Of a DNA stretch of 41,761 bases, positions 15,717 to 24,000 are shown one piece after another. The stretch is from positions 22,780 to 64,540 of the forward strand of contig JAHFNP010000001.1 of NCBI GenBank assembly GCA_023267245.1, read 5' to 3'. The position numbers were made by a program, and so were the translations under genes. The notes beneath the pieces were generated by a model. That model did not search any database and was not told the origin of the DNA. It was given only the letters and a program-made list of their open reading frames with translations. The stretch comes from Candidatus Nomurabacteria bacterium (GTDB taxonomy: Bacteria > Patescibacteriota > Minisyncoccia > Phycocordibacterales > UBA9973). Position 1 is the first letter of the stretch, and each line of letters starts with the position of its first letter.

Positions 15717-15724
15717 TTTTTGTA

Positions 15725-15970
15725 TTATTTAATGAGACCAGCTTTCTTCAAGGTCTGATAGATGCCTCTTTTGTTTAAAGTTCGGATGCCATTGGCAGAG
15801 ATATTCAAAGCCATAGTCTTTTTGAGCTCAGGGATGTAAACCCTTTTCTTTTGCATGTTTGCATACTTGCGAACCTTGCCGGTCGGGTTAAACTTGGTCG
15901 CACGAGTACGGTTGGAGTAGCCTCCACCGATAATTGAACTCTTTTTAGTTATTGGACAACATTTAGCCAT
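15725..15970 (-). CDS. rpmB: 50S ribosomal protein L28
   Basis: MAKCCPITKKSSIIGGGYSNRTRATKFNPTGKVRKYANMQKKRVYIPELKKTMALNISANGIRTLNKRG. The start is the internal Met of track ORF 15725..16024. Confidence 0.88.
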   Translation of the reverse strand: MAKCCPITKKSSIIGGGYSNRTRATKFNPTGKVRKYANMQKKRVYIPELKKTMALNISANGIRTLNKRGIYQTLKKAGLIK

Positions 15971-15981
15971 AAGTGATTTCC

Positions 15982-16010
15982 ATGTTATCATATTGGATAA
16001 TACGATGCAA
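15982..16010 (-). promoter_or_regulatory. Possible rpmB promoter TTGCAT-N17-TAACAT
   Basis: The minus strand reads ttgcat-cgtattatccaatatga-taacat, 11 nt before the ATG. It overlaps the start of the divergent M50 gene. Confidence 0.4.
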
Positions 16011-16628
16011 GAAATAAACACCATTTTCTATATTGTCATCCTTATAATGTCTGTGATAATACATGAGGTTTCTCACGGCTATATGGCTAAAATGCTTGGT
16101 GATAATACGGCAGATTATGCCGGCCGGCTTACTCTAAACCCGATTAAGCACCTCGATCCGATCGGTTCGATTCTAGTACCGGTTCTTTTGGTTCTCTCAC
16201 ATGCCGGCTTTGTCTTCGGCTGGGCGAAACCTGTGCCGTTTAACCCAAATAATTTAAGAGACAAAAAGTTTGGGGTAATTAAGGTTGCCTTGGCTGGTAT
16301 CGCTTCGAACTTTGCCTTGGCGATAGTCTTCGGCCTGGTTATACGAGTTGCAACAGGGTCAGGCTTCACTTCTCAAGCTTTTATTTCTATTATCGCATTG
16401 ATCGTCCTAGTTAATCTTGTTTTGGGTATATTTAATTTGATTCCAATTCCACCACTTGATGGTTCGAAGGTATTTTTTGCCCTTTTGCCTTTTAAATACA
16501 GGAATATCGAGATATTTATGGAGCAATACTCATTTATTGTCCTAATCCTTTTTATTTTATTTGCCTGGAAATTCGTCGCCCCGGTGATTTTCATCCTATT
16601 TCATCTGTTGACCGGCCTGGCCGTTTAA
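16005..16628 (+). CDS. Site-2 protease family (peptidase M50) membrane metalloprotease
   Basis: IHEVSHGYMAKMLGD (HExxH) and NLIPIPPLDGSKV, with multiple TM helices. I prefer ATG 16005 over TTG 15993. TGtTATCAT is at 15983-15991. Confidence 0.85.
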   Translation: MQEINTIFYIVILIMSVIIHEVSHGYMAKMLGDNTADYAGRLTLNPIKHLDPIGSILVPVLLVLSHAGFVFGWAKPVPFNPNNLRDKKFGVIKVALAGIASNFALAIVFGLVIRVATGSGFTSQAFISIIALIVLVNLVLGIFNLIPIPPLDGSKVFFALLPFKYRNIEIFMEQYSFIVLILFILFAWKFVAPVIFILFHLLTGLAV

Positions 16629-16649
16629 CCCAAAGCCGACTTTTTACTT

Positions 16650-16687
16650 GCCCCGCCACAAAAATTCTTGTAATAATGCGGCGGGGC
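16650..16687 (+). promoter_or_regulatory. GC-rich hairpin upstream of rpsL (8-bp perfect stem, no U-run)
   Basis: gccccgcc (16650-16657) pairs with ggcggggc (16680-16687). A possible TTGCAT-N17-TAAAGT follows at 16688-16716. Confidence 0.35.
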
Positions 16688-16728
16688 TTGCATTATTTCG
16701 GCAGTTATATTAAAGTATCCTGTATTAC

Positions 16729-17154
16729 ATGCCGACAATCAACCAATTAATCAAAAGAGGAAGAAAGGTAGTTAAAGCAAAGTCCAAGACTGTGGCTTTG
16801 GCGCGCGGATTTAATATCCTTAAAAATAAGCCTATTTATTATCCAGCTCCTTTTAAAAGAGGCGTTTGCGTTAAAGTTTCAACTACTACTCCTAAGAAGC
16901 CTAACTCCGCTCTTCGAAAGATCGCCAGAGTTCGTTTGACTAACGGCTTGGAAGTTACCGCTTATATCCCAGGTGAAGGCCACAACTTGCAAGAGCACTC
17001 CGTCGTTATGCTTCGAGGAGGTCGCGTGAAAGACTTGATCGGAGTAAGGTATCACATCGTCCGCGGAGTCCTAGATACTCAGGGAGTTGAAAAGAGACGA
17101 CAAGCTCGATCACTTTACGGAAATAAGAGACCTAAGAAAGAAGTCAAAAAATAA
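16729..17154 (+). CDS. rpsL: 30S ribosomal protein S12
   Basis: [13 protein letters not shown]...[10 protein letters not shown]...[10 protein letters not shown]. Confidence 0.97.
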   Translation: MPTINQLIKRGRKVVKAKSKTVALARGFNILKNKPIYYPAPFKRGVCVKVSTTTPKKPNSALRKIARVRLTNGLEVTAYIPGEGHNLQEHSVVMLRGGRVKDLIGVRYHIVRGVLDTQGVEKRRQARSLYGNKRPKKEVKK

Positions 17155-17163
17155 TAAAAAATA

Positions 17164-17634
17164 ATGCGAAGAAAAATCACAAAAAAGAATATAGTTCAGC
17201 CTGATAATATTTATAATTCTCCAAAATTGGCGAAGTTTATAAATTACATGATGTTGGAAGGAAAGAAAGAAACCTCTCGCAAGGCTGTTTATGGAGCTTT
17301 TGAATTGATCAAAGAAAAGACCAAAAATCCAAATCCGCTTGAGATTTTCGACCTAGCGATGAAAAACGCTGGTCCGCTCATGGAAGTCAGGTCAAAGAGA
17401 ATAGGCGGCGCGAACTATCAAGTGCCGAGAGAGGTCAGAGCTGAGAGAAGGCTCGCTCTCGCTATGCGCTGGATCAGAGCAGCCGCTCGAGCAAAGAAAG
17501 GCCAGCCGATACATGTCAAACTTGCGGATGAACTCATTGCAGCAAGTAAAAACGAAGGCGTGGCTATCAAGAAAAAGGAAGATATGCACAAAATGGCCGA
17601 ATCCAACAAAGCTTTCGCCCACTTCGCTTGGTAA
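17164..17634 (+). CDS. rpsG: 30S ribosomal protein S7
   Basis: PDNIYNS..LAKFINYMMLEGKK...GGANYQVP...MAESNKAFAHFAW. Confidence 0.96.
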   Translation: MRRKITKKNIVQPDNIYNSPKLAKFINYMMLEGKKETSRKAVYGAFELIKEKTKNPNPLEIFDLAMKNAGPLMEVRSKRIGGANYQVPREVRAERRLALAMRWIRAAARAKKGQPIHVKLADELIAASKNEGVAIKKKEDMHKMAESNKAFAHFAW

Positions 17635-17653
17635 TTCTAAAATTTATTTACTA

Positions 17654-17677
17654 AAAAATCCCCGCAAGGGGATTTTT
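17654..17677 (+). terminator. Rho-independent terminator after rpsG
   Basis: aaaaatcccc-gcaa-ggggattttt. Confidence 0.85.
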
Positions 17678-17684
17678 GTTTTCT

Positions 17685-17712
17685 TTGACAAAGTACCCTT
17701 AAATGCTAGTCT
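17685..17712 (+). promoter_or_regulatory. Promoter TTGACA-N16-TAGTCT
   Basis: ttgaca at 17685-17690 and tagtct at 17707-17712. Confidence 0.55.
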
Positions 17713-17751
17713 GAGGGCAGAAAATTCAAATAGTAACTTAAAAACAAAAAA

Positions 17752-18714
17752 ATGAATAGAGGAAAAGAAACATCGCTAACAAAATTATTGAAAAGTAAAA
17801 AAAGCTTTCAATCAAAAATTTTGGATCCCGGGAAATGGGAATTACCAATGTATATCCTTTGTGGGTTGAAAAATTCAAAAGGAGCAAATATTGTCGACAC
17901 GTATAGCCTAGCCGAATATTTTTTTCGAAATGAAACGCCTGGAGTACACGAAAGAGTCTCAAATGCACTATTTAAGTATGCTGATTATGCCGCAAAGCAA
18001 TATAGTGATCGTTTTCTTTCAGTCTTAACAAAAGGTTCAAGAATTTTTGAAAGCCCTGAAATTTTTCAGGAATTTTACGAAAATCCACTTCTCAATAAAT
18101 ATGAGTTGGATGAATTCAGCCTGACGAAGTATTTGTTTCATGGAGAAAAGGGTAAAAACTGGTATCCTGAAACACTAAAAGCGTTTGAAGATATGCTTAA
18201 GGGTTATGACATTGAATTATTTGTAAAATTGTTTGCTATCACTAGCCCTCGAAATAATTTTAAAGCAAATTTAGGGCATGCATTCCGAGCTTATGAATTG
18301 TTTAATAGCAAAAAATCATTTGAGCAAGGAAATTTTTTGCCAAACGTTCTTTCAATGCTGAATGATTTCAGGAATAAAGACTTTATTTTTGAACAAGAGC
18401 AAAGAAATGGCAGGAGGAAAATTACAAATTTTGCTCTAGGTATTTTGGGCAAAAAAGATGCAATTGTAGTGGACTCTTGGGTCTTAAAAGCTTATGGATT
18501 ATCTGAGGAATATTTATGGCGAGGTAAAAAAGCCCCTTATTCTCCAAGAGTTACAGAATATGATTTGATTGAAGATCATATTAAACGTTTAGCGGAATGT
18601 TGCGGATATGAGCCTAGGCAGATTATTGCCATGTTATGGCACGGCATAAGGACTTTGAATTCACCTCACAAAGCAACGGAAGCAAGGAAGATTTTACAAG
18701 AACTACTTAAGTAA
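17752..18714 (+). CDS. Hypothetical protein inserted between rpsG and fusA, possibly a divergent HhH-GPD (EndoIII/AlkA-like) fold
   Basis: GRRKITNFALGILGKKDAIVVDSWVLKAYGL aligns by eye with E. coli Nth [29 protein letters not shown] (Lys and Asp conserved). Upstream LFAITSPRNNFKANL resembles LLSAQATDVSVNKA, and downstream AMLWHGIR resembles WLILHGR. There is no Fe-S Cys cluster. Confidence 0.7.
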   Translation: MNRGKETSLTKLLKSKKSFQSKILDPGKWELPMYILCGLKNSKGANIVDTYSLAEYFFRNETPGVHERVSNALFKYADYAAKQYSDRFLSVLTKGSRIFESPEIFQEFYENPLLNKYELDEFSLTKYLFHGEKGKNWYPETLKAFEDMLKGYDIELFVKLFAITSPRNNFKANLGHAFRAYELFNSKKSFEQGNFLPNVLSMLNDFRNKDFIFEQEQRNGRRKITNFALGILGKKDAIVVDSWVLKAYGLSEEYLWRGKKAPYSPRVTEYDLIEDHIKRLAECCGYEPRQIIAMLWHGIRTLNSPHKATEARKILQELLK

Positions 18715-18716
18715 AC

Positions 18717-18746
18717 AAAAAAACCAGCTCATAAGGCTGGTTTTTA
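18717..18746 (+). terminator. Rho-independent terminator
   Basis: aaaaaaaccagc-tcataag-gctggttttt. Confidence 0.8.
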
Positions 18747-18747
18747 T

Positions 18748-18776
18748 TTGCAAAAAATAACTTTTTAATATATTAT
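18748..18776 (+). promoter_or_regulatory. Promoter TTGCAA-N17-TATTAT for fusA
   Basis: ttgcaa at 18748-18753 and tattat at 18771-18776. Confidence 0.5.
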
Positions 18777-18829
18777 GCAAAACACAAGACATCGCGTCTT
18801 TTTTAATTTTAACTCAATTATTACTATAT

Positions 18830-20977
18830 ATGGAACGAGATTATCCACTGGAGAAAGTTAGAAATTTTGGAATTATTGCGCACATCGACGCCGGCAAGAC
18901 GACGACGACTGAGCGCGTGCTTTTTTATACCGGCGTATCGCACAAAATCGGTGAAGTGCATGAAGGTGAGACGACAACCGATTGGATGGAGCAGGAAAGA
19001 GAGCGCGGCATCACTATTACCTCCGCGGCGGTTACTTGTTTCTGGACGCCGACTTACGCTTTAACCGATAAAAACAAAAAACATCGTTTTAATATTATTG
19101 ATACCCCTGGACACATCGACTTTACTGTAGAAGTGAAGCGATCTTTGCGCGTGCTCGACGGCGCGGTTGTTGTTTTTGACGGCGTGGCCGGAGTAGAACC
19201 TCAATCAGAAACCAACTGGCGTTATGCGGATGAGGCCAATGTTCCGAGAATTTGTTTTATAAACAAGCTTGATCGTACCGGCGCTTCTTTCGAACATTCC
19301 TACGCGACTATCTTGGATCGTCTGACCAAAAAGGCTGTCCGCGTCCAAATCCCGATTGGCCTTGAAGACAAATTTGAAGGCGTTATAGATCTATTGCGAA
19401 TGAAGGCTTATTATTTCGAAGGAGAAATGGGCAATAAGGTTATTGAAAAGGATATTCCTGAAGAATATAAAGCTGAAGCCCAAAAATATCACAGCGAACT
19501 TATTGAAAGGATCGTCGAACATGATGATGTCCTTATGAATGATTATCTTGAAGGAAAAACTCCGGATTTTGATACTTTGAAGAAAACTTTGCGCAAAGCG
19601 GTTATCGACAATGCTATTTTCCCAGTTTTTGCCGGTTCCGCCCTTAAAAACAAAGGAGTTCAGCTTGTGCTTGACGCTGTTGTAGATTATTTGCCATCTC
19701 CGATGGACATCCCGCCAATCCCTGGTATCAACCCAGACAATGATGAGCCGATGGTCCGTCATGCTTCCGATACGGAACCTTTTTCAGCACTTGCGTTTAA
19801 AGTCGCGACTGACCCATTCGTTGGACAGATTATTTTCTTCCGCGTTTATTCCGGTACGCTTTCCGCCGGATCTTATATTTACAATCCGCGTACAAGAAAT
19901 AAAGAACGCATCGGCCGAATCCTCCGAATGCATGCCAATGATCGCGAAGAAGTGAAAAAGGTTTTCGCTGGAGAAATCGCCGCCGCCGTCGGACTCAAAG
20001 ACACGATCACTTCCGACACTCTTTGTGATGAAGCTAATCCGATCGAGCTCAACCGTATTGTCTTCCCAGAACCGGTTATATCTCTACGCATTGAACCTAA
20101 AACCAAAGCTGACCAAGAAAAAATGGGCATGGCCCTCAACCGCCTGGCTCAAGAGGATCCGACTTTCAAAGTGTCGACCGATCAGGAGACTGGTGAGACG
20201 ATCATCGCCGGCATGGGCGAACTTCACCTTGAAATCATCGTTGATCGCATGAAGCGAGAATTTACCGTGGAAGCGAATGTCGGCAAGCCGCAAGTGGCTT
20301 ACCGCGAGACGATTACTGGCGAAGCTGATGCTGAAGGTAAATATATCAAACAATCCGGAGGTCGGGGTAACTACGGTCACGTGAAGATCACAGTTAAGCC
20401 GATGGTTCCTCTTACTAAAGAAGAATTGGAAGACTTACCGAAAAATACTAAAAGAGACGGAGCATTTGAATTTATAAATACGATTAAAGGAGGCGCTATT
20501 CCTCAGGAATATATCGCGCCTTGTGAAAAAGGATTCAAGGAAGGACTTGAAAGGGGAATCTTGGCCGGATTCAAATTGGTGAATGTCTCAGTTAACCTCT
20601 GGGACGGTTCGTTCCACGAAGTCGACTCGAACGAAATGGCGTTTAAAATCGCGGCTTCTATGGCTATCCAAGACGCTTGCCGACACGCAAAACCGGTGAT
20701 TTTGGAGCCGATGATGAAGGTAGAAGTTGTGACTCCGGAGAAATTCATGGGAGATGTGACTGGAAACCTTTCTTCAAAGCGAGGATTGATCGAAGGCATG
20801 GAAGATCGGGGTATGAATAAAGCGATCAAAGCGGTCGTGCCTCTCTCGGAAATGTTCGGCTACATGACCGGTTTGCGCTCTATGACTGAAGGCCGCGCTT
20901 CGTTTACTATGGAGTTCTTGCGTTATGATATCGTGCCGCAAAATGTCGCCGAGACTATCATCGCCGCGAGGAAATAA
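18830..20977 (+). CDS. fusA: Elongation factor G
   Basis: [36 protein letters not shown] and [12 protein letters not shown]. Confidence 0.97.
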   Translation: MERDYPLEKVRNFGIIAHIDAGKTTTTERVLFYTGVSHKIGEVHEGETTTDWMEQERERGITITSAAVTCFWTPTYALTDKNKKHRFNIIDTPGHIDFTVEVKRSLRVLDGAVVVFDGVAGVEPQSETNWRYADEANVPRICFINKLDRTGASFEHSYATILDRLTKKAVRVQIPIGLEDKFEGVIDLLRMKAYYFEGEMGNKVIEKDIPEEYKAEAQKYHSELIERIVEHDDVLMNDYLEGKTPDFDTLKKTLRKAVIDNAIFPVFAGSALKNKGVQLVLDAVVDYLPSPMDIPPIPGINPDNDEPMVRHASDTEPFSALAFKVATDPFVGQIIFFRVYSGTLSAGSYIYNPRTRNKERIGRILRMHANDREEVKKVFAGEIAAAVGLKDTITSDTLCDEANPIELNRIVFPEPVISLRIEPKTKADQEKMGMALNRLAQEDPTFKVSTDQETGETIIAGMGELHLEIIVDRMKREFTVEANVGKPQVAYRETITGEADAEGKYIKQSGGRGNYGHVKITVKPMVPLTKEELEDLPKNTKRDGAFEFINTIKGGAIPQEYIAPCEKGFKEGLERGILAGFKLVNVSVNLWDGSFHEVDSNEMAFKIAASMAIQDACRHAKPVILEPMMKVEVVTPEKFMGDVTGNLSSKRGLIEGMEDRGMNKAIKAVVPLSEMFGYMTGLRSMTEGRASFTMEFLRYDIVPQNVAETIIAARK

Positions 20978-20989
20978 ATCGTTTTAATA

Positions 20990-21026
20990 AAAAAAACCCT
21001 TCATTCACTTGAATGAAGGGTTTTTT
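20990..21026 (+). terminator. Rho-independent terminator after fusA
   Basis: aaaaaaa-cccttcattca-ct-tgaatgaaggg-tttttt. Confidence 0.9.
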
Positions 21027-21095
21027 GTTGTCCTTGTTTTTTATTAAATATAAGATATAATTACTTTTGTAACTTTATAATCTAAATAAATATAT

Positions 21096-24000
21096 ATGGC
21101 TGAAGAAATTATAAACAATTGCAAAGATGCCCACCGTGCTTTTTGGAATTTTGTCCGCCATGTTTTCCGCGAACACAAGCCGGAAGTCATAGTCATAGCT
21201 CTCCTCGCAATTTTAACTCTTGTATATTTCGCCGTCCGCGCGCCGGCTTCCGGACCAGCTCCTTCTTGGATTTGGGCCAATCAAATCAGCGGCACTGGTG
21301 AAGAGAAATCTCTCGCGGTGGCAACGGACGCCACTACTGGAGACAGTTATGTTACCGGATATTTTACTAGTGGCTCGATTACTATAAATACTCCAACACC
21401 GACTGTCCTGAATAATCCTGGAGCCCCTTCAAAAGAAATTTTTGTCGCGAAATTTGATAAAGATAAAAATCCTATTTGGGCTTTTTCTGTCGGCGGTGAT
21501 GGGGATGATTCTGGTAAAGGTATTGCTTTTGATTCAACTGGCACAGGTAATATTTATATTACTGGTAGTTTTGATGGTAGTGTAGGTACTGTTGATTTTG
21601 ACCCAGCCCATTCAAACCCACTTGGAATTTTAACAACTGCCGGTCAAGTAGACGCTTTTGTGGCTAAATATGATGCCACAAATGGCTCTTTTGGTTGGGC
21701 TGAGAGTTATGGTTCCCTTTTAAATGATCAAGGCAATGCTGTGGCTCTCGATAATGCTGCCAATGTTTATATTACTGGTTCGTTTACTACCGCCCTTGGT
21801 GATCTTGATATCTTTGTTAGTAAATATGCTACCGGCGGAGGAGCTGCATTATGGACAGAAACAGCTAGTGGATCTGGCGATGACGAGGGTCTTGGAATTG
21901 CTATACATGAAGATCTTAATGTAAATGTTTATGTTACCGGAGATTTTTTTCGCAGCGCAACTTTTAATACAACAACACTTACCGCCCTTGGTGATGGAGA
22001 TGCTTTTGTAGCTAAATATGATGGTCCAACGGGTGGTTTTGGTTGGGCGAAAGCCATGGGAGGCGCTGAATCTGGTTTTGTCGACAAAGCCCGCGGTATT
22101 GGCGTAGATTCTAGCGGTAATCCTTATGTCACGGGAATTTTTAAAGGTGACGCGACGACAGGTGTTACTTCCGGTAACATGAGCACTGTGGTTGGAGAGG
22201 GCATAGCCGGATATTTTGGCGACGGTGGTGATGCTCTTTCATCTCAGTTAAAAACCCCACTTGCAATTACTTTAGATAGTTCAGGTAACATTATTATTGC
22301 TGATAGCGTTAATAATCGTGTCCGTATGGTGCTTACTAATCCTGACAGTACTCATTATGGTATCCCCATGACTATGGGTAATATTTATACTATAGCTGGT
22401 GATGGTACGACATGCCTCATTTCTCCATGCGGAGACGGCAGTTCTGCAACTTCAGCCAAGATAAGAAATCCAAATGGAGTTGCTGTCGATAGTTTTGATA
22501 ACCTTTTTATTGCTGATCAAGATGATCGCATCCGTATGGTCCCCGCCATCGACGGTAATTATTACGGTGTCCCTATGACTACAGGTAATATTTATACCGT
22601 AGCTGGTGATGGCACACAGTGTACTGGTTTTGGACCATGTGGCGAGGGTAATCCTGCCACTTCAGCTCAGTTGGACACCCCGTACGCGGTTGCTGTTGAT
22701 AGCTCAGGTAATATTTTTATTACTGATGATAAGTACCGCGTCCTCATGGTGCCTGTTGCTAGTGGTGGTACTAATTATGGCGTGTTAATGCCGACTGCAT
22801 TTAATATTTATACTATAGCCGGCCAAACAGGAATTTCCGGCTTAGGTGCCGATGGTGTTTCTGCTACTTCATCCACCTTGTTCTATTCAAGAAGTGTAAG
22901 TTTTGATAGTTCAGGCAATATTTATATTGTTGATGGTCACCGTATACGAAAAGTTAATTTCAGTGATGGTATTATAAATACTATAGCAGGCACAGCAGGC
23001 ACTCCTGGTTCTACTGGTGACGGTGGTCTTGCTACTTCAGCCCTATTAGACACCCCAATCGGAGTTACCGTTGATAGTTCTGGTAATATTTTTATTGCTG
23101 ACACAAATAATCATCGTATCCGAAAAGTTAATGCCAGTGATAGTTTTATAAATACCGTGGCTGGGAATGGTACGGCTTGCTCTCTTTCTACTGATCCATG
23201 CGGTGATGGCGGTCTTGCCACTTCAGCTCAGTTAAACAGTCCAGCCGGAGTTGCTGTTGATGGTTCAGGTAATATTTTTATCGCTGATGCTCTTAATAAC
23301 CGCATCCGAAAAGTTGTGTTTACTTCAGGTTCAAACCTCGGCCTAAATGCCGGTGCTGACACTAAAGTTTTTGTCGCCAAACTTAATCCAACAGATGGCA
23401 GTATTGGTCTTAGTGAATGGGCGGTGATGATGGGCGTGGCTCCAACAGAAGTTCCAGCATTGGCTCTCGATTCAGCTTCTCCAGATAATAATGTTTATGT
23501 TTCTGATGATTTTAGGGGTACAGATGTAGAATTTAATTACAGCAGTCCAGGTATTGATAAACTAACTTCCGGCGGCGTTGTGAGTGGTACAAGTAATGAT
23601 GTCTTTGTCGCTAAACTTGATTCAAGTGGTTCTTTAGATTGGATCAAGCAAGCCGGTTTGAGCACTAGCGCTAGTAATGTTTTTTCTCATGGCATATCAG
23701 CGGTAGCAGAAAATGATTTGCGTATTGCCGGTTCTTTTTTTACTGATGTCGGTCTTGGTGACAAAATTAGTTTTGATTCAATCGATCTTTCTTCTATTGC
23801 TGGTTCGTTTGATGCCTTCCTTGCCAAGCTTGCGATTGACGATACTCCGCCGACCGTCATGTCCACAAACCCTGCCAATCTTGCAGGAGGTGTTCCTGTG
23901 AACATCACCACAGTCACTGCTACCTTTAGTGAACCGATGGACCCAGCGACTATTAACGCTGCCACCTTTACTATAGCTGGTATAACACCTTCCTTAGTAA

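Noticed and set aside
18784-18810. Short hairpin aagac-atcgc-gtctt plus T-run in the fusA leader, as an attenuator
   Set aside because: The stem is only 5 bp, and it is located right at the predicted TSS. That is too weak to call without transcript data.
19391-20829. Antisense and alternative-frame ORFs within fusA, tuf, secY, rplE and other conserved genes listed in the track
   Set aside because: All overlap strongly conserved coding frames and have no independent signals, so I treat them as frame shadows.
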